64,000 bases of DNA from Candidatus Altiarchaeales archaeon (GTDB lineage: Archaea > Altiarchaeota > Altiarchaeia > IMC4 > SCGC-AAA252-I15), in the NCBI GenBank assembly GCA_014727915.1, contig WJMO01000006.1, positions 224,001-288,000 on the forward strand, in the 5' to 3' direction. A program made the translations under genes and the position numbers. Shown piece by piece: positions 1-7,793 of this stretch; the stretch's first letter is position 1; the number at the start of each line of letters is the position of its first letter. The notes below the pieces were generated by a model. The model saw only the letters and a list, made by a program, of their open reading frames with translations. It ran no database searches and was not told the DNA's origin.

Positions 1-1
1 T

Positions 2-487
2 GCCCACCTTGGACGCGGAGGGGTTTATGACATACCTGCCGCCCACCTTAACCAGGAGGCTGCGGGCGTTGCTGAACTCCCCCGCACCTTCTACGCTGGC
101 GTTGAAGATGTACGCGGGCAGGGTGTTGAGACCCAACTCTGACAGCAGCCGCTTACCCCTCTCGGATGAGATGTCAACCTCCTCGACTTCGACCGTGGGG
201 AATATCTTGGTTTGGGTGGTCTGGACTATCTCCCTCGTATCGCACGCACTGCAGGTCCGGTCGTTCAACACGATCATGAGTATGGGCGGGTCACCCACTA
301 CTGGAAGTGGAGGCTGTGTGGTGGTGGCCGCCCCAGCCAATGTGGTTGAGGTCACAAAATTGTTGGGGCTTTCACTGGTTTGAAGTAGCAGATAGAGGAC
401 TATGAAGAACACCAGGACTCCGCCGAGCCACCGAAGCCTCCCAGGGTCAAAGGTGAACCTGACCTCAACATCTCTTTTAGAGGGCAT
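2..487 (-). CDS. Membrane-anchored thioredoxin/DsbA-like protein (partial, runs off the window start)
   Basis: Not in the ORF track. Manual translation from ATG at 487: MPSKRDVEVRF...WLGGVLVFFIVLYLLL (TM helix), Thr/Pro linker, then MIVLNDRTCSACDT (CxxC) and GLNTLPAYIFN. Frame stays open to the window edge. Confidence 0.7.
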   Translation of the reverse strand, partial: MPSKRDVEVRFTFDPGRLRWLGGVLVFFIVLYLLLQTSESPNNFVTSTTLAGAATTTQPPLPVVGDPPILMIVLNDRTCSACDTREIVQTTQTKIFPTVEVEEVDISSERGKRLLSELGLNTLPAYIFNASVEGAGEFSNARSLLVKVGGRYVINPSASKVG

Positions 488-556
488 TTTAACAGTCAGA
501 AAACTGTTATGATTAGGAGGGTGAGGGTATATAATTGGGGGGCCGCAGTTATGACG

Positions 557-1873
557 CTAGCTGGCGTTTTCCTTTTTCATGAGTTTTTCCATTACGAGAC
601 ATGCCGTCAGATCTCCCGTGACGTTCACGGACGTGCGGGCCATGTCCAGTATCCTGTCGACGCCGAGTATGAGGGCTACGCCGACCGCCGGTATGCCGAC
701 AGACGTAAGCACGATGGAGAGTATGACTATGCCCATTCCAGGGGTGGCTGGCGAGCCTATCGAGGAGCCAACGACCGTCGCTATTATCAGGAGTATCTGG
801 CTGATGCCGAGTTGGACGTCGAATACCTGCGCCAGGAACACTGCGGCGACGCCCTGGTATAATGCCGTCCCAGCCATGTTTACGGTCGCGCCCAGGGGTA
901 TTATGAACTGGCTAAGTGATTTCCTGACTCCCAGTTTCTCCTCGGCAGTCTTGATTGACAGCGGCATCACAGCCGCTGAGCTTGAGGTGGAGAACGCTAG
1001 TAGGAGTAGCTCCCTGGTGCGGGTCAGGAACGTTAATGGCGATATACGTGCCGCGGCAAATGATATCAGCGTGTATGTTGTGAGTAGGAGGAGTAGGCCT
1101 GCGAGTACGGTGCCTACGTACACCGCCATGCCCAGGAGAGCGTCTAACCCGAGTTGGGTTGTTAGTTTCGCCATCAACCCGAACACCGCCACTGGCGCGA
1201 GCACCATAGCCCATTTCACTATCTGTATGCAAACCTGCTGTAGGGAGGCGATTAGTTCGAGTATGGGTTTGGCTTGTTCTACGGGGATGGATATCACCGC
1301 CAACCCTATGACCATGGCGAACAAAACGACCTGCAGCATCTCGGTTTCCACCATCGAGTTCAACGGGTTAGCAGGGACTAGGGAGCCTATGGCTTTAGGT
1401 AGGTTACCGAGGTCTAAGGCCTGTTGTGGGTTCTCCGAGGACTCCGGCTCTGACGCGGTTTCTGGGGCGGTGACGTATTCTCCGGGCTCCACGACGTATG
1501 CGAGCGCCACACCCACGGCTATCGCATAGGATGTGGTTACGACAACGAACACCAGCAGCATCAAACCGACTTTCCTCAGTTGCTCCAGGTTCTCGCTTGA
1601 CGCTATACCCCCTATGATGGAGGCGAAAACCAGGGGGACAACGATCATCTTAAGGAGTCCGAGGAACACCTGCCCGGGCACAGCCAGCCAGTCTCCCACT
1701 ATGGATGCTGTGGAAGGCTCGACTAACCCGGCGCTTGGGCCTAACACCAGCCCCGCCAAGAGGCCGGTCACCATGCCCAACAGTATCTTCAGCCATAGCC
1801 TACCCGCCACTAGATCCTGCAAATGGCTGTTGAGCCGCTTCAACGGCTTCGGATACAAAAGTTCAAGAGCCAC
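557..1873 (-). CDS. Dicarboxylate/amino acid:cation symporter (DAACS, GltP family)
   Basis: AFSTSSSAAVMP, PLGATVNMAGTALY and GVDRILDMARTSVNVTGD motifs. Real start is probably GTG at 1873; the upstream extension in the ORF track does not look protein-like. Confidence 0.92.
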   Translation of the reverse strand: MALELLYPKPLKRLNSHLQDLVAGRLWLKILLGMVTGLLAGLVLGPSAGLVEPSTASIVGDWLAVPGQVFLGLLKMIVVPLVFASIIGGIASSENLEQLRKVGLMLLVFVVVTTSYAIAVGVALAYVVEPGEYVTAPETASEPESSENPQQALDLGNLPKAIGSLVPANPLNSMVETEMLQVVLFAMVIGLAVISIPVEQAKPILELIASLQQVCIQIVKWAMVLAPVAVFGLMAKLTTQLGLDALLGMAVYVGTVLAGLLLLLTTYTLISFAAARISPLTFLTRTRELLLLAFSTSSSAAVMPLSIKTAEEKLGVRKSLSQFIIPLGATVNMAGTALYQGVAAVFLAQVFDVQLGISQILLIIATVVGSSIGSPATPGMGIVILSIVLTSVGIPAVGVALILGVDRILDMARTSVNVTGDLTACLVMEKLMKKENAS

Positions 1874-2128
1874 AGTAGGAGAAAAAAGAAGACAGACATA
1901 TAAATGCTGACTGTCACACAGTGAGAATGCGAAGGATCGGGGGGGAAGCTTTCGCCGCTGGCATGCGAGAACCTGGCGCTGACACAGGATAACAGAACTG
2001 GAAACCTCGGGGAGAATGGACCCGGCCCCATTTGCCAGACCGGGGAACATCAAGGAGACGAGAGGGGCTGAAGTGATGGGTTCCCAGGGTGTCTTGTTAT
2101 AAATTCACTCAGGATAATTGTTTTTTAC

Positions 2129-2581
2129 ATGGAGATTTTCAGGAGATTCCGGCTTTACGCCCGGGAGGAAGGCCTGCACCAGGTCGGCCTCTGCCCGGAC
2201 GCGGGCGAGTTCGCAGATAGGATCGCGTGCAGGTGGCATCGGGGGGAGCGCCCAAAGCTAGGCATGATTAACGTCGCATGCTTTGGGCTGTTTAAGCTGG
2301 AGAATGTGGACGTGCAGTTGCTAAAAGGGGGGAAAGCCGACGGTGAGAGGAAACCCGCTATACTTGCGCATGACCGGTCAAAGGGGAGGAAATTCCTGAT
2401 CATGAGGGAGGACGATGACGCCCCGAGATTCGGATTATATGCAAGGGAGAAGGATGAGAGGTTTGCTCCGGGCGAAAAGAGATATCCTATGGTACAGGTG
2501 GAAAAGGAGGGGGAGGTGATAGATTACCTTCCCAAATCAGGGGAGATCGTTCCCATCGCCGAGTTAAAAAAACTGAGATGA
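2129..2581 (+). CDS. Hypothetical protein
   Basis: 150 aa ORF filling an intergenic gap, preceded by an AT-rich TATA-like element (ttataaa near 2097). No recognisable motif. Confidence 0.6.
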   Translation: MEIFRRFRLYAREEGLHQVGLCPDAGEFADRIACRWHRGERPKLGMINVACFGLFKLENVDVQLLKGGKADGERKPAILAHDRSKGRKFLIMREDDDAPRFGLYAREKDERFAPGEKRYPMVQVEKEGEVIDYLPKSGEIVPIAELKKLR

Positions 2582-2671
2582 GCAGGAGAACCCCGCAGAC
2601 TAACCAAGAAAAAAGCACCACACCAGAAGACCAGAGAAATCCTGCCACCATGATAGGAAAACGGAGGCACA

Positions 2672-2935
2672 ATGAGTGCAAAAGCTACAAAATACTACGT
2701 CTACCTCCTGGAATGCAGCGACGGCAGCTACTACTGCGGCCAAACCAACAACCTACAGAAGAGGCTACGACAGCACAACGAAGGGGAAGGCGGACGATAC
2801 ACGAGAACACGCACACCGGTCAGACTCGTATACACGGAACAGCACAAGACACGCAAGGAAGCCCTGAAGAGAGAGGCAAAGATAAAGAAGATGACAAGGG
2901 GGCAGAAAGAGGAATTAATAGGATGGGTGGTTTAG
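2672..2935 (+). CDS. GIY-YIG nuclease family protein (UPF0213-like)
   Basis: YYVYLLECSDGSYYCGQTNNLQKRLRQHN...RYTR...E..IKK motif; GGAGG SD upstream. Confidence 0.92.
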   Translation: MSAKATKYYVYLLECSDGSYYCGQTNNLQKRLRQHNEGEGGRYTRTRTPVRLVYTEQHKTRKEALKREAKIKKMTRGQKEELIGWVV

Positions 2936-2983
2936 GCGGGCCTTATTTTAAGAAGGGCCACTTACTTTAGCATTTGTCCATTA

Positions 2984-3131
2984 GATACGAGTAAATCAGG
3001 CAGAAGTAAGGTGATTTTGAAGAGACTGGGGATGATGGGCCTGAGGAGACGAGTATCATGGAATGATACGAGTACATCAGGCAGAAGTTGGATGATGCTG
3101 GTATAGAATGTAGGTGATGGGCCTGAGGAGA
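2984..3131. repeat. Imperfect ~82-bp tandem repeat that includes the tRNA 3' end
   Basis: gatacgagta(a/c)atcaggcagaagt at 2984-3007 and 3065-3088 (23/24 identical); tgatgggcctgaggaga at 3033-3049 and 3115-3131 (17/17). Confidence 0.85.
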
Positions 3132-3278
3132 TTCGAACTCCCGACCACTCGATCTCCCAAACCCCTCCTCTTTCCATCCCTTTATTTTTCTTTTGGGGAT
3201 GAAACACCTTTTCTTTTTTTCTAAAAAGAAAAGGGGTTCTATGAGTCGAGCGCTCTAACCGGACTGAGCTACAGGCCC
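3118..3278 (-). tRNA. tRNA with CAU anticodon, most likely tRNA-Ile2, with an 86-nt intron (3154-3239) at position 37/38
   Basis: Reverse complement: GGGCCTGTAGCTCAGTCCGGTTAGAGCGCTCGACT-CAT-A [intron] ATCGAGTGGTCGGGAGTTCGAATCTCCTCAGGCCCA. BHB: CUCA/UGGG helix with UAG and AGA bulges, outer helix AACCCC/GGGGUU. The GGGCC acceptor resembles archaeal Ile2 rather than Met. Confidence 0.9.
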
Positions 3279-3395
3279 GTGTATGTGTGTTTTTTTCCTA
3301 GCCTTTGGGCTAGTGCATTTTTTGTTCGGGGGGGGCCTTAGCGGAGCGGAGGTCGCACATTTGTCGTCGGCAAACTCCGACAGCTACAGGCCCGT
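3267..3395. repeat. 14-bp direct repeat covering the tRNA 5' end, flanking a 101-bp structured segment
   Basis: agctacaggcccgt at 3267-3280 and 3382-3395. Confidence 0.85.
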
Positions 3396-3492
3396 TAAGT
3401 GTTTGTATTAGGGTGTTTGTTTTTTAATAAGGTTGGTTTTTTAATTATTTTGAGTTTTTTTTAAATAGTTTATGTTTTTGTTTGAATATTTT

Positions 3493-4239
3493 TTATTCTT
3501 CGGTTTTGAAGGCGCGGGTTCCGGCGAGGGTGGTCAGGGTCGCGGCTGTTATGAGGGCTGCTAGGTCTGTTAGGAGGTTGTTGTGTCCTGCGCCGGTTAG
3601 GATGATCCGGAGGGCGTCCACGCCGTATGTTAGTGGGTTCACTGTGGTCAAGGGTTTCATCCAGGAGGGTATCTGGCCCAGGGGGAATATTGCGCCGCTT
3701 AGGAAGAACATGGGCATGACGAGGAATGTCATGAGGGTTTGAAATCCTTCGAAGCTCCTCATGAACGATGATATGATGAGCCCTATGCTCACGAGGCTTA
3801 TGGAGGTGAGGAACATTATCGCAAGTGAGAGGGTGAATGATATGGTGTTGACGTGGGCTCCCAGGAGCAGTCCGAGGACGAGTATGATGGCTCCCTCAAG
3901 CACTGCTGACACTGCGGTGCCCGCTATCTTGCCTGCCGTTATGTTCAGGCGGGAAGAGGGTGATACGAGTATCTCCTTCATGAACCCGAATTCACGGTCC
4001 CATATGACGGATATTCCCGAGCGCATGGAGGTGAACAGGAGCGACATGGCGACCACTCCGGGGAATAGGAACTCCCGGTAGTCCATGTTCAACCCGGCGA
4101 ACCGGGCGGCTCCGAAGCCGCTGCCGAATATCAGGTACCATATGATCGGCCGGGATATGCTGCTTACGAGGTTGGCCTTGTTCCGGAGGTTAACCTTCAA
4201 CTCCCTCAACGCGATGGTTCTGAGGGCCCGGAATGTCAT
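3493..4239 (-). CDS. ABC-2 type transporter permease (DrrB-like)
   Basis: FLFPGVVAM, WDREFGFMKEILVSP, PMFFLSGAIFP and NPLTYGVDALR. Start MTFRALR at 4239 overlaps the ATPase stop (ATGA). Confidence 0.92.
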   Translation of the reverse strand: MTFRALRTIALRELKVNLRNKANLVSSISRPIIWYLIFGSGFGAARFAGLNMDYREFLFPGVVAMSLLFTSMRSGISVIWDREFGFMKEILVSPSSRLNITAGKIAGTAVSAVLEGAIILVLGLLLGAHVNTISFTLSLAIMFLTSISLVSIGLIISSFMRSFEGFQTLMTFLVMPMFFLSGAIFPLGQIPSWMKPLTTVNPLTYGVDALRIILTGAGHNNLLTDLAALITAATLTTLAGTRAFKTEE

Positions 4240-5219
4240 CGTCCCCCCCTCCTCCTCATCATAGACTTCATACGGTCTCTGCTGTTGGCGTTTTCCTCCC
4301 GGAGCTCCCTGCCCACATGGTATAGGAATACGTCGTTCAACGTGGGGGTGCGCAGTTCCAGAGACCTCAATTTTATATTGTTCTGGGTGGCGAATTCGCA
4401 TATCCTGGGTGTGGCCTCGGCCCCGTCCTCCACCACCAGGCGGACTGTCTCCCCGACCTTGACGTTCTTCACGAAGGATAGTTGTTTGAAGGCTTCGGCC
4501 CTTGACTTGTCCCCTAGCTTCAACGACACTATGTCCTCGCCTATGTCCTTTATCAGTTGCCTGGGCTGCCCTAACGCCACTATCCTCCCGTGGTCGATGA
4601 TGCCCACCCTGTCGCACAGCATTTCGGCCTCTTCCATGTAGTGTGTTGTCAGGACTATTGTTATGTTCTCCTCAGAGGGGAGTTTCCGTATGTACTCCCA
4701 TATCTTGCCCCGGGTCTGCGGGTCCAACCCCAAGGTGGGTTCGTCGAGGAAGAGTATATTGGGCCTGTGGATCAGGCCCCTGGCGATCTCCAGCCGCCTT
4801 TTCATCCCGCCGCTGTAGTTTTTCACCGGTTCGTCCGCGCGGGAGGTTAGCTCAACCAGCTCCAACAATTCTTTTATCCTCTTCTTCTGCATGTGCCTGT
4901 CCACGTTGTAGAGTTCGGCATGCATCTCCATGTTCTCCCGGCCGGTGAGCCGGTTGTCCAGGCTCGGGTCCTGGAAGACTATCCCGATAGACTTCCTCAC
5001 ATCAGAGGGTTCATCGGTCACGCCGTGCCCGTTCACGGAGGCGGAGCCGGATGTGGGCTTCAATATCGTGCATAATATGCTGAGGGTTGTTGTCTTGCCA
5101 GCGCCGTTGGGGCCCAGGAGGCCGAACACCTCCCCGGATTCCACTCTGAGGTTGAGGCTGTCCACTGCCGTTACGTCCCCGAACCTTTTGGTCAAATCGA
5201 CGGTTTCTATGGAGCTCAT
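4236..5219 (-). CDS. ABC transporter ATP-binding protein (DrrA-like)
   Basis: Walker A GPNGAGKT, signature YSGGMKRR, Walker B ILFLDEPT, H-loop TTHYM. Confidence 0.95.
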   Translation of the reverse strand: MSSIETVDLTKRFGDVTAVDSLNLRVESGEVFGLLGPNGAGKTTTLSILCTILKPTSGSASVNGHGVTDEPSDVRKSIGIVFQDPSLDNRLTGRENMEMHAELYNVDRHMQKKRIKELLELVELTSRADEPVKNYSGGMKRRLEIARGLIHRPNILFLDEPTLGLDPQTRGKIWEYIRKLPSEENITIVLTTHYMEEAEMLCDRVGIIDHGRIVALGQPRQLIKDIGEDIVSLKLGDKSRAEAFKQLSFVKNVKVGETVRLVVEDGAEATPRICEFATQNNIKLRSLELRTPTLNDVFLYHVGRELREENANSRDRMKSMMRRRGGR

Positions 5220-5308
5220 CCTACTACAACACCATAGATATGTCCTGTCAGGGGATAAAAAGCTTTTGGTCTGGTGGATTTAAGGTTTGGCGAGTATTTT
5301 TTTCTTAT

Positions 5309-5623
5309 ATGGACTCGGAAGGTTGGGTTGAGCTGCGCCCGGGCGTTATGCGCCGGCCTTTGGCTGTGAATGAGGGTTGGGGCCTGCAGGCCGACCTGAT
5401 TAGGATCGGCGGGGGCGTGACGGACCGGCCGCACACCCACGACGACATAGAATGGGTTTATGTGTTGGAGGGGTCCTTTGAAGATCAGGCTGGCATGCAC
5501 GTGAAAGGAGATTTTGTTGTTAACAGCAGCGAGGGCGTTCACCAGGTGACCACCGGCCCCGGGGGATGCCTGCTTTTCATCGTGTGGAGTGGCAGTGTGA
5601 GCGAAGTCGACGATGGAAGATAA
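5309..5623 (+). CDS. Cupin domain protein (ChrR-like)
   Basis: PHTHDDIEWVYVLEGSFED and GDFVVNSSEGVHQV cupin motifs; probable ATG at 5309. Confidence 0.85.
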   Translation: MDSEGWVELRPGVMRRPLAVNEGWGLQADLIRIGGGVTDRPHTHDDIEWVYVLEGSFEDQAGMHVKGDFVVNSSEGVHQVTTGPGGCLLFIVWSGSVSEVDDGR

Positions 5624-6002
5624 TCAACCTATCACCTGGCGGCATTTCGCCTGGGATATCATAGTGTTCTTCGCGGTGCTGGCCAGCATAGTGTCCGTGT
5701 CACTGGAGTATGTCCTGGAATTGGATGAGAGCGAGATTGCCGTGTTGTATGTGATAGACGTTGCGGCTCTGACAGTGTTCATCGCCGACCTCTGGATGCT
5801 ATGGACACACTTCAACGGGCCTCTCCGGGAGTTCGTCTTCAGGAACTGGCTGGACGTGCTGTCAGCGATCCCGGTGTTCAGGATAATCAGGATCGCCAGG
5901 TACGGTCGGCTGCTGAAACTGGCCCGGATGAGAAGGCTCAGCAAGCTCAGGAGGGTGGTTGAGGTGGAGGAGAAACTGGACAGGGAGCTGGTGAGGGAAT
6001 AG
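5613..6002 (+). CDS. Stand-alone voltage-sensor-like protein (ion transport S1-S4), no pore domain
   Basis: Hydrophobic S1 and S2, S3 motif NWLDVLSAIP, S4 Arg ladder FRIIRIARYGRLLKLAR. The protein ends without a pore loop. Confidence 0.8.
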   Translation: MEDNQPITWRHFAWDIIVFFAVLASIVSVSLEYVLELDESEIAVLYVIDVAALTVFIADLWMLWTHFNGPLREFVFRNWLDVLSAIPVFRIIRIARYGRLLKLARMRRLSKLRRVVEVEEKLDRELVRE

Positions 6003-6034
6003 TCTTATTAACCGGCTGGGTTTAATGTGTTTCT

Positions 6035-7321
6035 ATGTCAGACGCCGAGGCGCTAGTCGAAGAGGGTTTGAAGGCTGCCAGGGAGAAAAGGTTCGACGAC
6101 GCTGTTCTGAAGTTCAGGCAGGCGTTGGACTCCGACCCGGACAACATAGGAGGGTTGTTGGGTTTGGCTTCCGCGCTGTCCAGCCTGGGCGAGTTCGACG
6201 AGGCGTTGGACACGCTTAGCAAGGTACTGCAGCTGGAACCAGGAAATGGGATAGCCCACCTGGACACTGGGAAGGTCTACTACAGCAGGGGGAATTTCCC
6301 AGCGGCCGTTGAGCACTTCAACAAGGCCATAGGATCCGATGATAGCATGGTAGACGCGTATGTGCGTGCTTCGATGGCCCATCAGAAGATGAGGGATTTC
6401 GACTCTGCGCTGAGGGTCCTGGACAAGGGCTTGAAGAAGGCGGGGGAGGAGAGTGACCTATACTATGAGCTCGGGGAAACTCACTTCCTGAGCCGTAACC
6501 TGGGGGAGGCCATCAGGTCCATGGAGAAGGCGGTGGAGATTAAGCCTGACAACCACAAGGCCTACTCCGAACTTGGGTACATGTACGAGGCAGAAGGCCG
6601 GCTGGAACGGGCCGCAGAATGCTGGGAGCGATCCTATGAGATCATGCCATACGCACGGTACAAGAAGAAGGCCCTGCTGACCCGGAAGAGGCTGGAGAAG
6701 GGGGACACGTCCACGGTGGACGCATACGATCATTTCATGCAGGCGGAGATATTCAGAAAGGGGGGTAAAACAGAGGAGGCATTGGACCAGCTCTCCAAGG
6801 CCTTGGAGAAAGACCATGGTTTCTCGGAGGCTTACATGCTCGGGGGATTCATCAGGTTCACAGGGAAGAACTATGTGGAGGCGATCGAAGACTACCTCAA
6901 GGTTTTGGAGTTGGACAGCCGATGCCAGCAGGCCCACTATTTCATCGGGGAATCCTACAGCAGGTTGAGGGATGACAGGACCGCGTTGAAGCATTTGGAG
7001 AGGGCGGCGGAACTGCTTCCGGACGATGCCAGAGTATACAGCGCCAAGGCCAAGATCCACATAGGAAAGGACTACCACAGGGCATATGAGGAGATCAGCG
7101 CGGCCGTTAACCGCAATCCAACGTCAGCGACATACCACACCCAGAAGGGCATGATACTCGAACGGCTTCACCGGCTGGACGAAGCCCGGACAGCCTACGA
7201 GCGCGCAATCAAACTCGACCCCAAGTCCAAGACCGCCACTTTGAAGCTGTCAAGGCTGGGCAAGGAAACCGCGACAGTCCACGAGGAGGACAAGGAAGAG
7301 CACCTCGAGGGATACAGGTGA
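6035..7321 (+). CDS. Tetratricopeptide repeat protein
   Basis: Repeated TPR units along the whole length, e.g. AHLDTGKVYYSRGNFPAAVEHFNKAI. Confidence 0.92.
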   Translation: MSDAEALVEEGLKAAREKRFDDAVLKFRQALDSDPDNIGGLLGLASALSSLGEFDEALDTLSKVLQLEPGNGIAHLDTGKVYYSRGNFPAAVEHFNKAIGSDDSMVDAYVRASMAHQKMRDFDSALRVLDKGLKKAGEESDLYYELGETHFLSRNLGEAIRSMEKAVEIKPDNHKAYSELGYMYEAEGRLERAAECWERSYEIMPYARYKKKALLTRKRLEKGDTSTVDAYDHFMQAEIFRKGGKTEEALDQLSKALEKDHGFSEAYMLGGFIRFTGKNYVEAIEDYLKVLELDSRCQQAHYFIGESYSRLRDDRTALKHLERAAELLPDDARVYSAKAKIHIGKDYHRAYEEISAAVNRNPTSATYHTQKGMILERLHRLDEARTAYERAIKLDPKSKTATLKLSRLGKETATVHEEDKEEHLEGYR

Positions 7322-7325
7322 GGAG

Positions 7326-7787
7326 ATGAAAATAACCGAGAGATTCCGATCATGCGCAAAGACTGCTGGAAGGGCCCATTACATATTTATCGGGTTGTTA
7401 ACCGCACAGTTTTTGACTGGGTTGTCCATGATCCTGACGGGAGCGTTCTCCAATGTGGGACTAGTCATCTTGCCATTTATTGGGATGGTGATTGGACTCC
7501 TTATGTTCGGTTCCGTAGCCTACATAGGCTTCAAGCTTGCTAGGAGCGGGCTGGAGTTTCAGGAGATAATCGTGGCAGGAGCAGCCTACGGCCTATTGAT
7601 GGGGGTTTTACCCTCAATTTTCTTCGTTTTGGTGTTTTTATCTCCGGGGTCTCCGTTCTCCGACAGCCCTCCAACCCTAACCACGCTCATAACGGTTATG
7701 TTCATACCCCTAAACCTGTTCTTCGGAACATTCTGGGGTTTGGGCCTGGCCCTGGTTGGGGGGATAGCCGGGAGAAACCGACCATAG
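7326..7787 (+). CDS. Hypothetical integral membrane protein (about 4 TM)
   Basis: Four hydrophobic segments; starts 5 bp after the TPR gene, with an AGGAG SD. Confidence 0.75.
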   Translation: MKITERFRSCAKTAGRAHYIFIGLLTAQFLTGLSMILTGAFSNVGLVILPFIGMVIGLLMFGSVAYIGFKLARSGLEFQEIIVAGAAYGLLMGVLPSIFFVLVFLSPGSPFSDSPPTLTTLITVMFIPLNLFFGTFWGLGLALVGGIAGRNRP

Positions 7788-7793
7788 GCGGAG

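Noticed and set aside
579-1529. 316-aa plus-strand ORF
   Set aside because: Antisense shadow of the symporter gene; no motifs.
1874-2100. GC-rich intergenic stretch considered as RNase P/SRP RNA or a 47-aa ORF
   Set aside because: No recognisable conserved RNase P or SRP motifs, and the short ORFs are unconvincing. Left unexplained.
2984-3131. Possible mini-CRISPR array
   Set aside because: Only two clear units, the intervening segments are still partly similar to each other, one block is the tRNA end, and there are no cas genes. Reported as a tRNA-linked repeat instead.
3281-3381. MITE or casposon remnant
   Set aside because: A 14-bp flanking duplication is present, but there are no terminal inverted repeats and no transposase or casposase in the window.
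3396-3492. AT-rich tract as a replication origin
   Set aside because: No ORB repeats or cdc6; explained by the tRNA promoter and the 3' region of the ABC operon.
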